In this document: positions 60,201 to 64,000 of the stretch, one piece after another
Layout: each line of letters starts with the position of its first letter
Position numbering within the stretch: the stretch's first letter is position 1
Source: Eledone cirrhosa
Taxonomy: Eukaryota
NCBI GenBank assembly: GCA_964016885.1
Contig: OZ024763.1
Span: 23,808,001-23,872,000, forward strand
Direction: 5' to 3'
Length of the DNA: 64,000 nucleotides
Position numbers and translations under genes: made by a program
Notes under the pieces: model-generated
What the model was told of the DNA's origin: nothing
Databases searched by the model: none
The model's input: only the letters and a program-made list of their open reading frames with translations

Positions 60201-63200
60201 TGCTAGGAACAGCAAGGATTCTAAGGTGCCGTGTGCAGAAAACAGCATTGCTAGGAACAGCAGGGATTCTAAGGTGCCGTGTGCAGAAAAGAGCATTGCT
60301 AGGAACAGCAAGGATTCTAAGGTGCCGTGTGCAGAAAACAGCATTGCTAGGAACAGCAAGGATTCTAAGGTGCCGTGTGCAGAAAACAGCATTGCTAGGA
60401 AGAGCAAGGATTCTAAGGTGCCGTGTGCAGAAAACAGCATTGCTAGGAAGAGCAAGGATTCTAAGGTGCCGTGTGCAGAAAACAGCATTGCTAGGAAGAG
60501 CAAGGATTCTAAGGTGCCGTGTGCAGAAAACAGCATTGCTAGGAACAGCAAGGATTCTAAGGTGCCGTGTGCAGAAAACAGCATTGCTAGGAAGAGCAAG
60601 GATTCTAAGGTGCCGTGTGCAGAAAACAGCAAGGATTCTAAGGTGCCGTGTGCAGAAAACAGCATTGCTAGGAACAGCAAGGATTCTAAGGTGCCGTGTG
60701 CAGAAAACAGCATTGCTAGGAAGAGCAAGGATTCTAAGGTGCCGTGTGCAGAAAACAGCATTGCTAGAAAGAGCAAGGATTCTAAGGTGCCGTGTGCAGA
60801 AAATAGCATTGCAAGGAACAGCAAGGATTCTAAGGTGCCGTGTGCAGAAAACAGCAAGGATTCTAAGGTGCCGTGTGCAGAAAACAGCATTGCTAGGAAG
60901 AGCAAGTATTCTAAGGTGCCGTGTGCAGAAAACAGCAAGGATTCTAAGGTGCCGTGTGCAGAAAACAGCATTGCTAGGAAGAGCAAGGATTCTAAGGTGC
61001 CGTATGCAGAAAACAGCATTGCTAGGAAGAGCAAGGATTCTAAGGTGCCGTGTTCAGAAAACAGCATTGCTAGGAACAGCAAGGATTCTAAGGTGCCGTG
61101 TGCAGAAAACAGCATTGCTAGGAACAGCAAGGATTCTAAGGTGCCGTGTGCAGAAAACAGCATTGCTAGGAACAGCAAGGATTCTAAGGTGCCGTGTGCA
61201 GAAAACAGCAAGGATTCTAAGGTGCCGTGTGCAGAAAACAGCAAGTATTCTAAGGTGCCGTGTGCAGAAAACAGCAAGGATTCTAAGGTGCCGTATGCAG
61301 AAAACAGCATTGCTAGGAACAGCAGGGATTCTAAGGTGCCGTGTGCAGAAAACAGCATTGCTAGGAACAGCAAGGATTCTAAGGTGCCGTGTGCAGAAAA
61401 CAGCATTGCTAGGAACAGCAGGGATTCTAAGGTGCCGTGTGCAGAAAACAGCATTGCTAGGAACAGCAGGGATTCTAAGGTGCCGTGTGCAGAAAACAGC
61501 AAGGATTCTAAGGTGCCGTGTGCAGAAAACAGCATTGCTAGGAACAGCAGGGATTCTAAGGTGCCGTGTGCAGAAAACAGCATTGCTAGGAACAGCAAGT
61601 ATTCTAAGGTGCCGTGTGCAGAAAACAGCATTGCTAGGAACAGCAGGGATTCTAAGGTGCCGTGTGCAGAAAACAGCATTGCTAGGAACAGCAGGGATTC
61701 TAAGGTGCCGTGTGCAGAAAACAGCAAGGATTCTAAGGTGCCGTGTGCAGAAAACAGCATTGCTAGGAACAGCAGGGATTCTAAGGTGCCGTGTGCAGAA
61801 AACAGCATTGCTAGGAACAGCAAGTATTCTAAGGTGCCGTGTGCAGAAAACAGCATTGCTAGGAACAGCAAGTATTCTAAGGTGCCGTGTGCAGAAAACA
61901 GCATTGCTAGGAACAGCAGGGATTCTAAGGTGCCGTGTGCAGAAAAGAGCATTGCTAGGAACAGCAGGGATTCTAAGGTGCCGTGTGCAGAAAACAGCAT
62001 TGCTAGGAACAGCAAGGATTCTAAGGTGCCGTGTGCAGAAAAGAGCATTGCTAGGAACAGCAGGGATTCTAAGGTGCCGTGTGCAGAAAACAGCATTGCT
62101 AGGAACAGCAGGGATTCTAAGGTGCCGTGTGCAGAAAACAGCATTGCTAGGAACAGCAGGGATTCTAAGGTGCCGTGTGCAGAAAACAGCATTGCTAGGA
62201 ACAGCAAGTATTCTAAGGTGCCGTGTGCAGAAAACAGCATTGCTAGGAACAGCAAGTATTCTAAGGTGCCGTGTGCAGAAAACAGCATTGCTAGGAACAG
62301 CAGGGATTCTAAGGTGCCGTGTGCAGAAAACAGCATTGCTAGGAACAGCAAGTATTCTAAGGTGCCTTGTGCAGAAAACAGCATTGCTAGGAACAGCAGG
62401 GATTCTAAGGTGCCGTGTGCAGAAAACAGCATTGCTAGGAACAGCAGGGATTCTAAGGTGCCGTGTGCAGAAAACAGCATTGCTAGGAACAGCAAGTATT
62501 CTAAGGTGCCGTGTGCAGAAAACAGCATTGCTAGGAACAGCAAGTATTCTAAGGTGCCGTGTGCAGAAAACAGCATTGCTAGGAACAGCAGGGATTCTAA
62601 GGTGCCGTGTGCAGAAAACAGCATTGCTAGGAACAGCAAGGATTCTAAGGTGCCGTGTGCAGAAAACAGCATTGCTAGGAACAGCAGGGATTCTAAGGTG
62701 CCGTGTGCAGAAAACAGCATTGCTAGGAACAGCAGGGATTCTAAGGTGCTGTGTGCAGAAAACAGCATTGCTAGGAACAGCAGGGATTCTAAGGTGCCGT
62801 GTGCAGAAAACAGCATTGCTAGGAACAGCAGGGATTCTAAGGTGCCGTGTGCAGAAAACAGCATTGCTAGGAACAGCAGGGATTCTAAGGTGCCGTGTGC
62901 AGAAAACAGCATTGCTAGGAACAGCAAGTATTCTAAGGTGCCGTGTGCAGAAAACAGCATTGCTAGGAACAGCAAGTATTCTAAGGTGCCGTGTGCAGAA
63001 AACAGCATTGCTAGGAACAGCAGGGATTCTAAGGTGCCGTGTGCAGAAAACAGCATTGCTAGGAACAGCAAGGATTCTAAGGTGCCGTGTGCAGAAAACA
63101 GCATTGCTAGGAACAGCAGGGATTCTAAGGTGCCGTGTGCAGAAAACAGCATTGCTAGGAACAGCAGGGATTCTAAGGTGCCGTGTGCAGAAAACAGCAT

Positions 63201-63840
63201 TGCTAGGAACAGCAGGGATTCTAAGGTGCCGTGTGCAGAAAACAGCATTGCTAGGAACAGCAGGGATTCTAAGGTGCCGTGTGCAGAAAACAGCATTGCT
63301 AGGAACAGCAGGGATTCTAAGGTGCCGTGTGCAGAAAACAGCATTGCTAGGAACAGCAGGGATTCTAAGGTGCCGTGTGCAGAAAACAGCATTGCTAGGA
63401 ACAGCAGGGATTCTAAGGTGCCGTGTGCAGAAAAGAGCATTGCTAGGAACAGCAGGGATTCTAAGGTGCCGTGTGCAGAAAACAGCATTGCTAGGAACAG
63501 CAAGTATTCTAAGGTGCCGTGTGCAGAAAACAGCATTGCAAGGAACAGCAGGGATTCTAAGGTGCCGTGTGCAGAAAAGAGCATTGCTAGGAACAGCAGG
63601 GATTCTAAGGTGCCGTGTGCAGAAAACAGCATTGCTAGGAACAGCAAGTATTCTAAGGTGCCGTGTGCAGAAAACAGCATTGCTAGGAACAGGTGCCGTG
63701 TTGGAAAGTTTGAAGGGGAAGGAATGGCCCAAGGAACCATTCACCATTAGCTATGGCTCGCCCTTTTGGTATAGCTTCTTGTTGAAATATTAGTACATAC
63801 TAGCAGAAAAACCATCCACGGGTAATTTTCTGCTAGTATG
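57271..63840 (+). mobile_element. 5'-truncated R4/Dong-like (restriction-like endonuclease clade) non-LTR retrotransposon 3' end, inflated by an internal minisatellite
   Basis: 57271 reads GALGTVNRKLDAW and, after a 7-nt frameshift, LEKCRITIRTRLLQKTALLGTA(G/R)ILR; after the array it resumes VLESLK. This matches the GALG...LQK.ALLGTARILR.VL C-terminus of R4/Dong proteins. Confidence 0.8.
57354..63701. repeat. 48-bp minisatellite, ~135-140 units, with 33- and 45-bp variants and a 1971-bp higher-order duplication
   Basis: Unit tgcagaaaacagcattgctaggaacagcagggattctaaggtgccgtg; rare variants recur at a 1971-bp offset. Confidence 0.97.
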
Positions 63841-64000
63841 TGTAGTGTGCATATTGATGGAACAATGAAAATGTTTCCATTACCATTACAAGGGGTCTGA
63901 CGAGCCGCGAATTACAGAGTCGCGTCAGATCGATACAGATCGAATCTTGAGCTCATCAGTGGAGAAAGGCGCGACACCAATCAATAAACGTAATGAAGTA

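Noticed and set aside
57354-63701. CRISPR-like array
   Set aside because: The units are contiguous with no unique spacers, there are no cas genes, and the context is eukaryotic.
57263-63793. 2176-, 2133-, 2118- and 897-aa ORFs as genuine genes
   Set aside because: They arise from a 48-bp unit that lacks stops in four frames; the ATG lies in a microsatellite and upstream homology is frameshifted. Kept only as a hypothesis in the findings.

Overview
This is repeat-saturated eukaryotic DNA with no recognisable host protein-coding exon. It is probably from a cephalopod (octopus-like), inferred from the SINE families and the extreme microsatellite load. Almost all predicted ORFs are artefacts of (TA)n, (CA)n, (GA)n, (GGT)n and (GTA)n tracts. 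The real content is: (i) many copies of a tRNA-derived SINE, plus other SINE and RTE-LINE remnants; (ii) a 5'-truncated Penelope-like element (C-terminal GIY-YIG ORF plus a sense hammerhead ribozyme) at ~13.8-14.7 kb; (iii) about 15 type I hammerhead ribozyme motifs from several unrelated short elements, nearly all ending in (TA)n tracts and often arranged as fold-back palindromes, several of which turn exactly at the ribozyme's stem II hairpin; (iv) a non-autonomous Helitron and a Tc1/mariner-like MITE; (v) a ~6.35 kb 48-bp minisatellite with a 1971-bp higher-order duplication, which expanded inside the C-terminal coding end of an R4/Dong-like retrotransposon and produces the >2000-aa ORFs. 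All structures were read by eye, so coordinates may be off by a few bases, and no database search or folding program was run.
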